Under the pieces are notes generated by a model that saw only the letters and a program-made list of their open reading frames with translations, was not told the DNA's origin and made no database searches. Positions 19,914 to 29,605 of a stretch of 64,000 nucleotides of DNA are shown here, one piece after another. The DNA comes from Verrucomicrobiota bacterium (GTDB taxonomy: Bacteria; Verrucomicrobiota; Verrucomicrobiia; Verrucomicrobiales; V1-33): contig JBDKER010000003.1 in NCBI GenBank assembly GCA_039795165.1, positions 32,376 through 96,375 on the forward strand, given 5' to 3'. The number at the start of each line of letters is the position of its first letter. Positions within the stretch are counted from its first letter, which is position 1. Position numbers and translations under genes: made by a program.

Positions 19914-22445
19914 ATGACGAAACTCACGCTATCCCTGATCGCCCTTTCCTCGCTTCTCGGCACGGCATCCGCCGGTGTCCTCGACAAGCAGAAGGCTCTC
20001 GAAACCCAGACGTTCTGGGACAACCGCGACTGGGAATGGTACAAGGCCAATATCCCGTTCTTCGAGTGCCCGGATGAAGAACTGGTCACCACATACTACT
20101 ACCGCTGGGAACTGATCACGAAGCACATGACCTACGGGTCGCCCAACAGCGGCTACAGCTTCACCGAGTTCACCGACCGTCCCTTCTGGAGCGGTGCCTA
20201 CGGAGCCATCAGCTGCCCCGTCGGGCACCAGCTCTACGAACTCCGCTGGCTGGCGGACGACCGCTACGCCCGCGATTACTCGCGCTACTGGTTCCGCACC
20301 CCGGGAGCCCAGCCGCGCAACTACGGATGCTGGCTCGCCGACGGCATCTGGGCCATGCATCAGGTGCATCCCGATGACGCCTTCATGATCGATCTCCTGC
20401 CCGACCTGAAGAAGAACTACGAGGAATGGACGAAGCGCCAGTTTGTGCCGGAGGTCGGACTCTTCTGGCAGAACGGGCACGACGACGGCATGGAATTTAA
20501 CATCAACAGCCGTCAGACCACGGACATTCTCCGGGGAGCGCCGGGCTACCGTCCGGGCTTCAATGCCTACATGTACGCCGACGCGCTATCGATTGCCCGC
20601 ACGGCAAGGCTCGCAGGCGACACGGCCACGGCAGAGGAATACGAGAAGAAGGCAGCGTCACTCAAGGAGAAGGTCCAGCAGCTCCTCTGGGATCCGAAAC
20701 GCGAATTCTACTTCCCGATGTCGATGCGGGAGGAGAAGGACAAGGAAGGCGTCGTCGTCCAGAAGCACACGCTGACCTACCAGTCGGGCCGCCATGCCGG
20801 CAGTCCCCACGGCCGCGAGGAACATGGCTACATCCCATGGCAGTTCAACATGGTCGACCCCGGCCGCGAATCGGCATGGAAGTTCCTCATGGACCGGAAC
20901 TACTTCTACGCGGACTTCGGTCCGACCACCGTGGAGCGGCATGATCCCATGTTCCTGCTCCAGAAATGGTGCTGCTGGTGGAGCGGGCAGTCGTGGCCGT
21001 ACTCGACGGCGCAGACTCTCAAGGCGATGGCCAATGTCCTGCACCAGTACCCTCAGGATGTCATCACCCGCGCGGATTACGTGAAGCTCCTCCAGATCTT
21101 CTCGAAGTCACACCGCAAGGAGGGTAAGCCCTACCTCGCCGAGGCCCTCCACCCGGATACTGGCTCATTCGAAGGACACGATGGCTACAATCACAGCGAG
21201 CACTACTTCCACAGCAGCTTCAACGACCTCGTCATCACAGGCCTCGCCGGTCTGAGGAGCCGGGCGGATGACACGCTCGAAATCGATCCGCTCTTCCCGC
21301 AGGACTGGGCTTTCTTCGCGATGGATGACATCCCGTACCGCGGACGGAAGATCTCGATTCTCTGGGACCGCGATGGTTCACGCTACGGCAAGGGAACGGG
21401 TCTGCGCGTGCTCGCCGATGACCGCGAAATCGCCTCGGCTCCAGCCCTCGGGAAACTCGCGGTGAAGCTTCCGGACGCCGCGGCGGGCCGGGGGCCAGCC
21501 ACCACGGTCTTCAACTACGCGGTCAACAATGATGGCGATTACTGGCCGAAGTTCGCCGCCACCTTCACCGCGGACAAGACTTCGCTGAACCGCATCCACG
21601 ACGGGCACGCATGGTACACCATTCATCCCCCCAACCGCTGGACGGCCGAAGGTTCGCCGAATGCCACGGATGCGGTCACCGTCGAACTGGGCATGAAGCG
21701 CCGCATCGACACCGTGAAGCTCTACTTCCTCGACGACAGCAAGGGAGTCACGGCCCCGGCTTCCTACACCCTTGAGTCATGGAATGGATCGGCATGGCAG
21801 GAAATCCCGCAGCAGCAGCGGCAACCGGAGAAACCGGAGGGCCACCGCGCCAACACCACCCGCTTCCCAGCCCTCGAAACGGACAAGGTCCGTGCGGTCT
21901 TCACCCATGGCTCCCCCGGACAGACGGGACTGACGGAATTCGAGATCTGGGGCCCGGGCGAACGTCCCTACACCGCGGCTCCGCCCCCGGCCGGCAACCT
22001 TGCCCTCAATCAGAAAGGCGAAGGCTTCCCGCAGGCCACGGCGTCGCATCACGATACCTTCGGAGGCCTGCCGAAACTCGCCATCGATGGCCGCACCGGC
22101 TACCTGCCCACCCCCGTGAACCGCTGGACCTGCTACGGATCCAAGTCGCCCAGCGACTGGCTCGAAGTCGATTTCGGATCGCCCAGAGAATTCCAGCGCC
22201 TTGAGATCGGATTCTTCGATGACCGCGGCGGAGTCCAGGCACCGGAAAGCTACACCATCGAATACTTCGATGGCAGCACATGGAAGCCAGCCGCCAACCA
22301 GCGGCGCAGCCCGGAGAAGGCTGTCGGGGGAGCCATGAATTCCGTGCGCTTCGACAAGGTGAGCGCTGCAAAGGTCCGGCTCGTCTGCACCCACAAGGGA
22401 GAAGCAAAGAGCGGGGTCACGGAACTTGAAGTCTGGAACGACTGA
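19914..22445 (+). CDS. Secreted MGH1-like (alpha/alpha)6 glycoside hydrolase (GH121-like) with two F5/8-type C/CBM32-like domains
   Basis: NIPFFECPD..YYYRW, DDGME, WSGQSWP, HYFHSSFNDL; two C-terminal repeats with NRWT...VTELEVW / LTEFEIW. Confidence 0.72.
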   Translation: MTKLTLSLIALSSLLGTASAGVLDKQKALETQTFWDNRDWEWYKANIPFFECPDEELVTTYYYRWELITKHMTYGSPNSGYSFTEFTDRPFWSGAYGAISCPVGHQLYELRWLADDRYARDYSRYWFRTPGAQPRNYGCWLADGIWAMHQVHPDDAFMIDLLPDLKKNYEEWTKRQFVPEVGLFWQNGHDDGMEFNINSRQTTDILRGAPGYRPGFNAYMYADALSIARTARLAGDTATAEEYEKKAASLKEKVQQLLWDPKREFYFPMSMREEKDKEGVVVQKHTLTYQSGRHAGSPHGREEHGYIPWQFNMVDPGRESAWKFLMDRNYFYADFGPTTVERHDPMFLLQKWCCWWSGQSWPYSTAQTLKAMANVLHQYPQDVITRADYVKLLQIFSKSHRKEGKPYLAEALHPDTGSFEGHDGYNHSEHYFHSSFNDLVITGLAGLRSRADDTLEIDPLFPQDWAFFAMDDIPYRGRKISILWDRDGSRYGKGTGLRVLADDREIASAPALGKLAVKLPDAAAGRGPATTVFNYAVNNDGDYWPKFAATFTADKTSLNRIHDGHAWYTIHPPNRWTAEGSPNATDAVTVELGMKRRIDTVKLYFLDDSKGVTAPASYTLESWNGSAWQEIPQQQRQPEKPEGHRANTTRFPALETDKVRAVFTHGSPGQTGLTEFEIWGPGERPYTAAPPPAGNLALNQKGEGFPQATASHHDTFGGLPKLAIDGRTGYLPTPVNRWTCYGSKSPSDWLEVDFGSPREFQRLEIGFFDDRGGVQAPESYTIEYFDGSTWKPAANQRRSPEKAVGGAMNSVRFDKVSAAKVRLVCTHKGEAKSGVTELEVWND

Positions 22446-22471
22446 AGCCCCGCCCGGGCGGGGCCTCCGCG

Positions 22472-23611
22472 TCAGCGCGGACGGAACTGCATGACGAGGG
22501 AATCGTAGCCCAGGGTGCGGCTGAAGGCGGCTTCGTGCTCGGTCCTCGGCTCCGCGCTCACGATTTCCATGGAACCAACCCGCTCGGCACAGAGCCGCAG
22601 CAGGGTCCGCATGATGAGGCGCGCATGGGCGGCTCCGAGGCAGAGGTGCGCCCCGAAGCCAAAGCTCAGATGCGGATTCGGCTTGCGGTCGAGCTTCACG
22701 CTCAGTGGATCCGGGAAGGCCTGCTCGTCTAGATTCGCAGACGCCCAGCACAGGGAGATGCGGTGGCCCGCGGGCACGGCCTCCCCATGCACTTCCACAG
22801 GTTCCGGGCAGACCCGCCCGATGTGCGTGAGGGGCATGAAAACGCGGAAGAATTCTTCGCCCGCATGCACGACCCTCGCAGGATCCTCCCGCAGCCAAGC
22901 CAGCGCTTCCGGATTCTCAGCAAGCCACCCAAGGGCGCAGCTGATGCTGTGGATAATGGTGTCCCGGCCACCCGCAAAGGCCAGATTCGCAAACCCCATC
23001 ATCTCTTCCCGTGTCAGCCTCCGGCCCTGGTATTCGGCCATGGTGAGTGCACTGAAGAAATCCTCTCCGGGGTCCGCTTCAGCCCGGTCGAACTGCCGCT
23101 GCAGGTATTCCTCCAGCGCCACCCCCTTCTTCAGACCACCCGCCACCTTGAACACATGAATCCCCCAGCCGATCCATGTCTCGGCCTCGGCCGCCGGCAC
23201 GTTCAGAAGGTACGTGAGCGCATGCGACTGCACCGGAAGAGCAAATCCATGCACCACTTCCTGCGGACCACCATGCAGCATGGCATCGAGACGCGATCCG
23301 ATCAGTTCCTCCACCCGGGCCACGAACTCCGGATGCTTCGGTCGCTGGAAAAACGGCTCCACGATCCGCCGCCATTCCGTGTGCTCCGGTGGATCGGTCT
23401 CAATCGGCAGCTGGCGCATGGAACGCGCGTCTTCCTCGGAAGGAATCGGTACCCGGAAGGGCGCGTCGGAACTATACGTCTTCCAGTCCTTCGCAGCCCG
23501 ACGTACATCCTCGTGCCGCAGCAGCATGACGATTTCCTCGCCGTGAAACGGACACTTGAGCACCCCAGCCTCGCGGCGGGCATCCCGGAACGGATCTGGT
23601 TGCGTAGTCAT
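22472..23611 (-). CDS. Cytochrome P450
   Basis: DPPEH, I-helix FAGGRDT, EEFFR (ExxR), heme motif FGFGAHLCLG. Confidence 0.92.
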   Translation of the reverse strand: MTTQPDPFRDARREAGVLKCPFHGEEIVMLLRHEDVRRAAKDWKTYSSDAPFRVPIPSEEDARSMRQLPIETDPPEHTEWRRIVEPFFQRPKHPEFVARVEELIGSRLDAMLHGGPQEVVHGFALPVQSHALTYLLNVPAAEAETWIGWGIHVFKVAGGLKKGVALEEYLQRQFDRAEADPGEDFFSALTMAEYQGRRLTREEMMGFANLAFAGGRDTIIHSISCALGWLAENPEALAWLREDPARVVHAGEEFFRVFMPLTHIGRVCPEPVEVHGEAVPAGHRISLCWASANLDEQAFPDPLSVKLDRKPNPHLSFGFGAHLCLGAAHARLIMRTLLRLCAERVGSMEIVSAEPRTEHEAAFSRTLGYDSLVMQFRPR

Positions 23612-23701
23612 GCGGAAAGTCTGCCCTGTACCGCCATCCCGCCCGCCGGAAAGCAGGGATTGCATCCCAGCAGCAACCGCCTCGCAGTCGCGGAAAAATT
23701 T

Positions 23702-23726
23702 CTTATTTGGAATTATTCTTGATAAG
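23702..23726. promoter_or_regulatory. AT-rich imperfect palindrome; probable Fur/PerR/Irr-family operator
   Basis: CTTATttgGAATtATTCttgATAAG. The core TTTGGAATTATTCTTGA matches 15/17 positions of the ICE consensus TTTRGAAYNRTTCYAAA and lies directly upstream of a Fur-family gene. Confidence 0.65.
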
Positions 23727-23755
23727 CTGCCAGACGTAGCTATGCCCACAAGCCC

Positions 23756-24220
23756 ATGTCCGCCCGTCCGTCATCTCCCGCAGCCACCCCGTCCGAAGGG
23801 CCTGGACTCGGTCCTGCCTATCGCCTGACGCGCCAGCGCCGCGAGGTTTACGAGATTCTTGTCAATCAGCGCGACCATCCGACGGCCACGGAACTCTTCA
23901 TCCGGGTCAAGGAACGCATCCCGAGCATCTCGCTGGCCACGGTTTACAACTGCCTCGAGGCCCTCACCCAGAATGGTCTCGTCAAGCAGGTCAATCTCGA
24001 CCGCGCGCCGTCGCGCTACTGCCCGAACCTCAATGACCATGGGCACTTCCACTGCGAATCGTGCGGCAGCATCGCAGACATCAGTTTCACTCCGGAATCT
24101 GGTTCGGTGCTCGACCTGCCGCGCGGCACGGTGGTGAGCCGCATGGACGTGGCCATCCGCGGCCTCTGTCCAAAGTGTGCCCGTACCGCCCGGGCGGGGC
24201 GCCGCTCCAGCCAATCCTGA
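23756..24220 (+). CDS. Fur-family transcriptional regulator (PerR-like)
   Basis: [35 protein letters not shown]. Confidence 0.92.
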   Translation: MSARPSSPAATPSEGPGLGPAYRLTRQRREVYEILVNQRDHPTATELFIRVKERIPSISLATVYNCLEALTQNGLVKQVNLDRAPSRYCPNLNDHGHFHCESCGSIADISFTPESGSVLDLPRGTVVSRMDVAIRGLCPKCARTARAGRRSSQS

Positions 24221-24228
24221 ACAGCGCA

Positions 24229-24978
24229 ATGATCATGAAACTCGAAATCAAAGACCTCCACGCCTGCATCGGCGAACGTGAAATCCTCAAGGGGCTCTCC
24301 CTCGAAATTCCCAAGGGCCAAGTCCACGCCATCATGGGGCCCAACGGCTCGGGCAAGAGCACGCTGAGCAAGGTGCTCGCGGGGCACGAGGATTACACCG
24401 TGACCGGTGGCGAAGTCCTCATGGATGGACAGAATCTTCTGGAAATGGAAGTCGATGCACGCAGCCGTGCCGGCCTCTTCCTCGCCTTCCAGTATCCCAT
24501 CGAGATCCCGGGAGTAAGCAATGCCAACTTCCTGCGCGCTGCCCTGCAAGCCCGGCTTCCGAAGGGCGAGCAGATCGACGCCGTGCAGTTCTATCAGCGG
24601 CTTTATCAAAAGATGGACATGCTGAAGATGGATCGTTCCTTCACGGCGCGCAGCGTCAACGAAGGGTTCTCGGGAGGCGAAAAGAAACGCAACGAAATCC
24701 TCCAGATGGCCATGTTGGAACCGCAGTATGCCATTCTCGATGAAACCGATTCCGGACTCGACATCGATGCGCTCAAGATTGTCGCCGACGGGGTCAATGC
24801 CATGCGCGGACCCGATCTCGGCATCCTCGTGATCACTCACTACCAGCGGCTGCTCGACTACATCAAGCCGGATGTCGTTCACGTTCTCGCCGACGGACGC
24901 ATCATCCGGACCGGCGGTCCGGAACTGGCTCTCGAACTCGAAGAAAAGGGCTACGACTGGCTGCTCAAGGCTGCCTGA
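24229..24978 (+). CDS. sufC: Fe-S cluster assembly ATPase SufC
   Basis: [45 protein letters not shown]. Confidence 0.95.
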   Translation: MIMKLEIKDLHACIGEREILKGLSLEIPKGQVHAIMGPNGSGKSTLSKVLAGHEDYTVTGGEVLMDGQNLLEMEVDARSRAGLFLAFQYPIEIPGVSNANFLRAALQARLPKGEQIDAVQFYQRLYQKMDMLKMDRSFTARSVNEGFSGGEKKRNEILQMAMLEPQYAILDETDSGLDIDALKIVADGVNAMRGPDLGILVITHYQRLLDYIKPDVVHVLADGRIIRTGGPELALELEEKGYDWLLKAA

Positions 24979-25009
24979 TCCTCCCGCTAACCCAAACGGA
25001 TTCCACACC

Positions 25010-26452
25010 ATGTCCGATTCCTTCACTGCCCATCCCGAAATCGATGAGGAAACCCGCTCAGCGGTCGATATCGACCGTTCCGTCGGCGACTTCACTTACG
25101 ATGTCACTCACAAGTACGATGCCGGCTTCGGCCTCAGCGAGCAGACCGTTGATTACATCTGCAACGTCAAGAACGACCCCGATTGGGTCCGCGATTTCCG
25201 AAAGCGGGCCCTCAAGGTCTTCAATGAAAAGCCCATGCCCACGAACTGGGCCACGAAGGATCTGGAGGCCATCGACTTCGACAAGATCCGCTACTACCTG
25301 AGCAGCGGCTCGCTTCCGAAGCGTTCGTGGGATGAAGTGCCGGAAGACGTGAAGCGCACCTTCGAGCGCCTTGGCATCCCGGAACAGGAACGCAAATTCC
25401 TTGCCGGAGTGGAGGCGCAGTTCGATAGCGAAGCGGCTTATTCCAACATCCAGAAGGCCGTCGCCGATCAGGGAGTCATCTTCGTGAACAGCACGGAAGG
25501 CCTCAAGGAACATGCCGACATCTTCCGTCCATGGTTCGGCAAGGTCATCCCGACCGGGGACAATAAGTTCAGCGCCCTCAACAGTGCGGTCTTCTCGGGT
25601 GGATCGTTCATTTACGTTCCGAAGGGCGTGAAGGTGAAGCACCCGCTGCAGGCCTACTTCCGCATCAACAGCGAGCAGTTCGGTCAGTTCGAACGCACCC
25701 TCATCATCGTCGATGAAGGAGCCGAAGTGATGTACATGGAAGGCTGCACCGCTCCGAAGTTCGAGACGAGCACGCTGCACAGCGCCGTCGTCGAACTCGT
25801 CGCCATGAAGGGCGCGAAAATCCAGTACGTCACCGTCCAGAACTGGTCGCCCAATGTCTTCAACCTCGTCACCAAGCGCGGCCTCGCTCACGAGGATGCC
25901 GAAATCCGCTGGATCGACTGCAATATCGGCAGCCGGCTCACCATGAAGTATCCCGGCGTCATCATGAAGGGACGGCGCGCCCGCGGCGAAGTCATCAGCA
26001 TTGCTCTCGCGGGTAATGGCCAGCACCAGGACACGGGAGCCAAGATGATTCATGCGGCCGACGAAACGACCTCGAATATTGTCAGCAAATCGATCAGCCT
26101 CGGGTCCGGCCGTGCCACGTACCGTGGCCAGGTCCATATCCCGAAGCACCTCAAGGGCTGCAAGAACAACACGGAGTGCGATGCTCTGCTCATCAACAGC
26201 AGCAGCCGAACGGATACCTATCCCGCCATCACGGTCCGAGGGAATCAGCACGCCTGTCAGCACGAAGCCAGCGTCAGTCAGGTGAGCGCCGAACAGATCT
26301 TCTACATGCAGCAGCGGGGACTCAGCGAAGGCGAGGCCATGAGCCTTTCCGTCAATGGCTTCATCAACGACCTCGTCCGCGAATTCCCCATGGAATATAG
26401 TGTCGAACTGAAGCGCCTCATCGACCTCGAAATGGAGGGCAGCGTCGGCTGA
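25010..26452 (+). CDS. sufB: Fe-S cluster assembly protein SufB
   Basis: [55 protein letters not shown]. Confidence 0.95.
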   Translation: MSDSFTAHPEIDEETRSAVDIDRSVGDFTYDVTHKYDAGFGLSEQTVDYICNVKNDPDWVRDFRKRALKVFNEKPMPTNWATKDLEAIDFDKIRYYLSSGSLPKRSWDEVPEDVKRTFERLGIPEQERKFLAGVEAQFDSEAAYSNIQKAVADQGVIFVNSTEGLKEHADIFRPWFGKVIPTGDNKFSALNSAVFSGGSFIYVPKGVKVKHPLQAYFRINSEQFGQFERTLIIVDEGAEVMYMEGCTAPKFETSTLHSAVVELVAMKGAKIQYVTVQNWSPNVFNLVTKRGLAHEDAEIRWIDCNIGSRLTMKYPGVIMKGRRARGEVISIALAGNGQHQDTGAKMIHAADETTSNIVSKSISLGSGRATYRGQVHIPKHLKGCKNNTECDALLINSSSRTDTYPAITVRGNQHACQHEASVSQVSAEQIFYMQQRGLSEGEAMSLSVNGFINDLVREFPMEYSVELKRLIDLEMEGSVG

Positions 26453-26454
26453 CC

Positions 26455-26670
26455 ATGAAGCGTTGGGAGTACAAGGTGCTCAAGCCCGAGGTGAGCGGAC
26501 CGCTCGGCTTGTGGGGTGGAGGCCGCGTGAGCGCGGAAGCCATCGCAGAGGAACTCAACCGGCTGGGGTCGCTCGGCTGGGAATTGGTTTCCTCCCTCGA
26601 TACCAGCAACACCACCGGCCGCACCGTCGAGGTGATCCTTCTCTTCAAAAGGGAACTTCTGCCCGCATGA
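26455..26670 (+). CDS. DUF4177-family small protein
   Basis: WEYKV...LNRLGSLGWELVS...FKR signature. Confidence 0.85.
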   Translation: MKRWEYKVLKPEVSGPLGLWGGGRVSAEAIAEELNRLGSLGWELVSSLDTSNTTGRTVEVILLFKRELLPA

Positions 26671-26978
26671 CCCACGCCGCCATCGACCTGCGCAGCCTGA
26701 TGATGCATCGCATCATCGCGGAGCGTCTGCTTGCAGATCCCTCGCTGCTGGAGATTCCGCGGGCGAATCTGGCCCGATGGAATTGCCCGGATCGCGCATG
26801 GTGGCATGAATGGTCGACCATTCTCCGGAAGCCTCTCGACGAAATTGTGTCCATCATGCTGCGCGACGACGAGGAAGGATGCCGCATCCGGCAGAGTTCG
26901 CCATTCGCCGGTATCCTCAGCCCGCAGGAGGTCTGGAAACTCAAACGTGAATTCAAGGAGAGCCATGCAGCGGCATGA
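26667..26978 (+). CDS. Small helical protein with RQSSPFAG motif; putative antitoxin/partner of DUF6036 NTase
   Basis: SLMMHRIIAERL, RANLARW, EWSTIL, RQSSPFAGIL; ATGA overlap with DUF4177 and 14-bp overlap with the next gene. Confidence 0.7.
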   Translation: MTHAAIDLRSLMMHRIIAERLLADPSLLEIPRANLARWNCPDRAWWHEWSTILRKPLDEIVSIMLRDDEEGCRIRQSSPFAGILSPQEVWKLKREFKESHAAA

Positions 26979-27501
26979 ACTTGAGCACATTCTCCGTGCC
27001 TGTGCCGGCATCACGGGACGGGATCGCTTCGTGGTCATCGGCAGCCAGGCGGTGCTGGGGCAGTTCCCTGAAGCTCCGGTGGAGCTGCTGGTTTCCCGGG
27101 AGGCCGACATCTTCTGCCCGGACGATCCCGAGGCGACAGAACTGATCGATGGCACGATCGGCGAGCTGTCTCCCTTCGAGCAGACATTTCATTATTATGC
27201 CCACGGGGTTGCGGAGGAAACGGCAGTGCTCCCGGCGGGCTGGAAAAGCCGCCTGATCCCTGTGAAGACGTCATTCACGGGCGGAGCCACGGGCTACTGC
27301 CTCGAGGTGCATGACCTCGCCGTTTCAAAGCTGGTGGCCGGCAGGGGCAAGGATATCGATTTCATTCGGGACTTGTCGCGTCATGGGATGGTACAGCAGT
27401 GCACTCTGGAGGCGCGCCTTGCCGATACCGAAATCCACCCGGAACGCCGCCCGGTCTGCGAGGGCCTGCTCCGGCGGCTTTTTCCGATCACCCAGTCCTG
27501 A
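26965..27501 (+). CDS. DUF6036-type nucleotidyltransferase (AbiEii/MenT-like putative toxin)
   Basis: LEHILRA, VIGSQA, SREADI, IGELSPF, LPAGW, DLAVSKLVAGRGKD; RBS AAGGAG upstream. Confidence 0.8.
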   Translation: MQRHELEHILRACAGITGRDRFVVIGSQAVLGQFPEAPVELLVSREADIFCPDDPEATELIDGTIGELSPFEQTFHYYAHGVAEETAVLPAGWKSRLIPVKTSFTGGATGYCLEVHDLAVSKLVAGRGKDIDFIRDLSRHGMVQQCTLEARLADTEIHPERRPVCEGLLRRLFPITQS

Positions 27502-27512
27502 TAATTTCCGCC

Positions 27513-28814
27513 ATGTCCGCTTCCGCAACTCAATCCACCACTACCTTCGTGCCCTCTGTGTTTCTCGATGCACCAAAATGGGACCATGCCGGTCTCCCGG
27601 AATGGTTCGTGCAGTCCCGGCTTTCCGCATGGGAACAGTTCACCAATCTTCCGGTGCCGCACCGCAAGGATGAGAACTGGCGCTTTGCGAATCTTTCGCT
27701 GCTGCAGTTTGACGGGTTTCACCGGCTCGCGGCGGTTCCGGTGCCGGAGGCCAGGGGGCTTGCGAAGACAGCGGCGCGCGTGGTGACGGTCAATGATGCG
27801 GTGGTTTCGTGTGAGGCTTCGCAGGTGGCCGGGCTGGAGGTGCTTTCGCTGCGCGATGCTCTCGAGCGTCATGGCGAGCGGCTGCGTCCGTTTCTGACGG
27901 TCCCGGATACGGGACTGGGCGGCGCGCGCTTTGCGGCTCTGCATCATGCGCAGCTGGCGGACGCCGTGGTCATGGTGGTGGCTCCCGGAACGGAAGTCGC
28001 GGATCCGGTGGAAATCGTGCACTGGCTTTCGGGCGATCATGCCACGGGGTTCCCGCGGACCATTGTTCTTGCGGGTGAACGCGCGAGGCTCGCCGTGGTG
28101 GAGCACCATCTCTCGGCGGGATCGGCTCCGGTGCTTTCCTGCGGAGCGACGCAGATCGATGCCGCTGCCGGGGCCGCCGTCACCTTTGTGCAGTTCAACC
28201 GTCATCATGCGGCCGGATCGGCGCTCAATCTGGTGTCGCTGCGGAGCGGGCGCGATGCCCAGGTCAAGCATGCCTCGTTCAATATCGGTTTGGGCTATGT
28301 CCGCAGCGAAGTGGTCAGCCGGGTGGCCGGGGAAGGGGGACGGAGTGACATGCTGAGTGTTTCCGTGGCGGCGGATGGACAGGAAACCGACCAGCGGACG
28401 CTGCAGGATCACCTTGTGCCGCACACGGGGAGCGATCTCCTCTACAAGCACATCCTCTTCGGGAAGGCGCGCACGATTTTCGCGGGACTGATCCGGGTGG
28501 ATGAAGGGGCGCACTTCACGGATGCCTATCAGAAGTGCCGCAACCTGCTGCTCAGCGACGAATGCGAGGCGAATTCGATGCCGGGTCTGGAGATCAATGC
28601 GGACCAGGTCAAGTGTTCGCACGGGGCGACCAGTGGCCGACTCAGCGAGGACGAAGTTTTCTATCTGCTGAGCCGCGGGATTCCGCGCGAGGCCGCCGAG
28701 CACATGATCTCGCTGGGCTTTGCGCACGAAGTCATCGACCGCCTCGGGCATGACGAAATCGAGGCGCTCGCGCTGCAGTTGCTGGAGGAACGTTTTGCGC
28801 AACTCAGTGCATGA
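27513..28814 (+). CDS. sufD: Fe-S cluster assembly protein SufD
   Basis: DENWRF, SDLLYK, QKCRNLLLS, PGLEINADQVKCSHGAT, FYLLSRGI. Confidence 0.92.
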   Translation: MSASATQSTTTFVPSVFLDAPKWDHAGLPEWFVQSRLSAWEQFTNLPVPHRKDENWRFANLSLLQFDGFHRLAAVPVPEARGLAKTAARVVTVNDAVVSCEASQVAGLEVLSLRDALERHGERLRPFLTVPDTGLGGARFAALHHAQLADAVVMVVAPGTEVADPVEIVHWLSGDHATGFPRTIVLAGERARLAVVEHHLSAGSAPVLSCGATQIDAAAGAAVTFVQFNRHHAAGSALNLVSLRSGRDAQVKHASFNIGLGYVRSEVVSRVAGEGGRSDMLSVSVAADGQETDQRTLQDHLVPHTGSDLLYKHILFGKARTIFAGLIRVDEGAHFTDAYQKCRNLLLSDECEANSMPGLEINADQVKCSHGATSGRLSEDEVFYLLSRGIPREAAEHMISLGFAHEVIDRLGHDEIEALALQLLEERFAQLSA

Positions 28815-29557
28815 GGCGGTTTCTGCGGTGCTTCCCGCTGCTGGCTCTGGCCATGGTGGTGGGCTGTGCGCACCGGACGCCGGATGCAGCGCATGGATTC
28901 GACCCACCGCGCGCCGCGCAGCCCGCGCAGACGACCTTCCTTCCGCCGGGCCCGGAATTCGGCACGCTCGCGGAGGCTTTGCAGCGCAATGCGCAGATCT
29001 TTGCGGCTACCTATGGAAGGTACCGCTGTGCTGGCGGGGCCCCGCCAGGACTTCTCCGCATGGCATTTGAGCAGCCGCGTGCCGGACAGATCCTTGGTTC
29101 CGTGGATGACGGCCGGATCTCGCTGCAGCTTGGTCCGGAGCGCCGGACCGACGACGGAGGACGGCGCACAGGCTCGCGCTACCGGCTGCGGAATGCCGGC
29201 GGCAAAGCCCTCGCGGAGTCGGAGAGCTTCCTCGCCGAAGGTCTGGTGCCTGATTACATTGAATGGTGGACGGAACTCTTCACGGATCCGGCTGGCTCGG
29301 CCTTCATGGTGGTGGAGTTCCGCTCGGGAACGGGCCCGCGGTACCATCTTTTCGTGCGCAGAGGCGACGCATGGCAGGCCCGCATGGTGTACGTCCCGGT
29401 GCGCGAGGAACCATCGCACAGCCCCATGCATTTCACGGAGCCTCAGGTGATCGGCGTCGCCGTTGGCCGGGTCTTCTGTGAAACCGACGGGGTCGTCTAC
29501 GCATTCCCGTTCAGCGAACTTGCCGAGCTGACGGATCCCGCATTCGGCATCGGGTGA
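28811..29557 (+). CDS. Hypothetical lipoprotein
   Basis: Lipobox VVGC after a hydrophobic leader; ATGA overlap with sufD; no recognised domain. Confidence 0.55.
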   Translation: MRRFLRCFPLLALAMVVGCAHRTPDAAHGFDPPRAAQPAQTTFLPPGPEFGTLAEALQRNAQIFAATYGRYRCAGGAPPGLLRMAFEQPRAGQILGSVDDGRISLQLGPERRTDDGGRRTGSRYRLRNAGGKALAESESFLAEGLVPDYIEWWTELFTDPAGSAFMVVEFRSGTGPRYHLFVRRGDAWQARMVYVPVREEPSHSPMHFTEPQVIGVAVGRVFCETDGVVYAFPFSELAELTDPAFGIG

Positions 29558-29605
29558 AGCGGTGGCTCCGGTGGACGTGGCCGCATGGGTGGTGCTGTGA
29601 TGCCG

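Noticed and set aside
26440-27520. suf-internal cassette as a mobile element
   Set aside because: No terminal repeats, target duplication, recombinase or evident compositional shift; kept as a gene cassette only.
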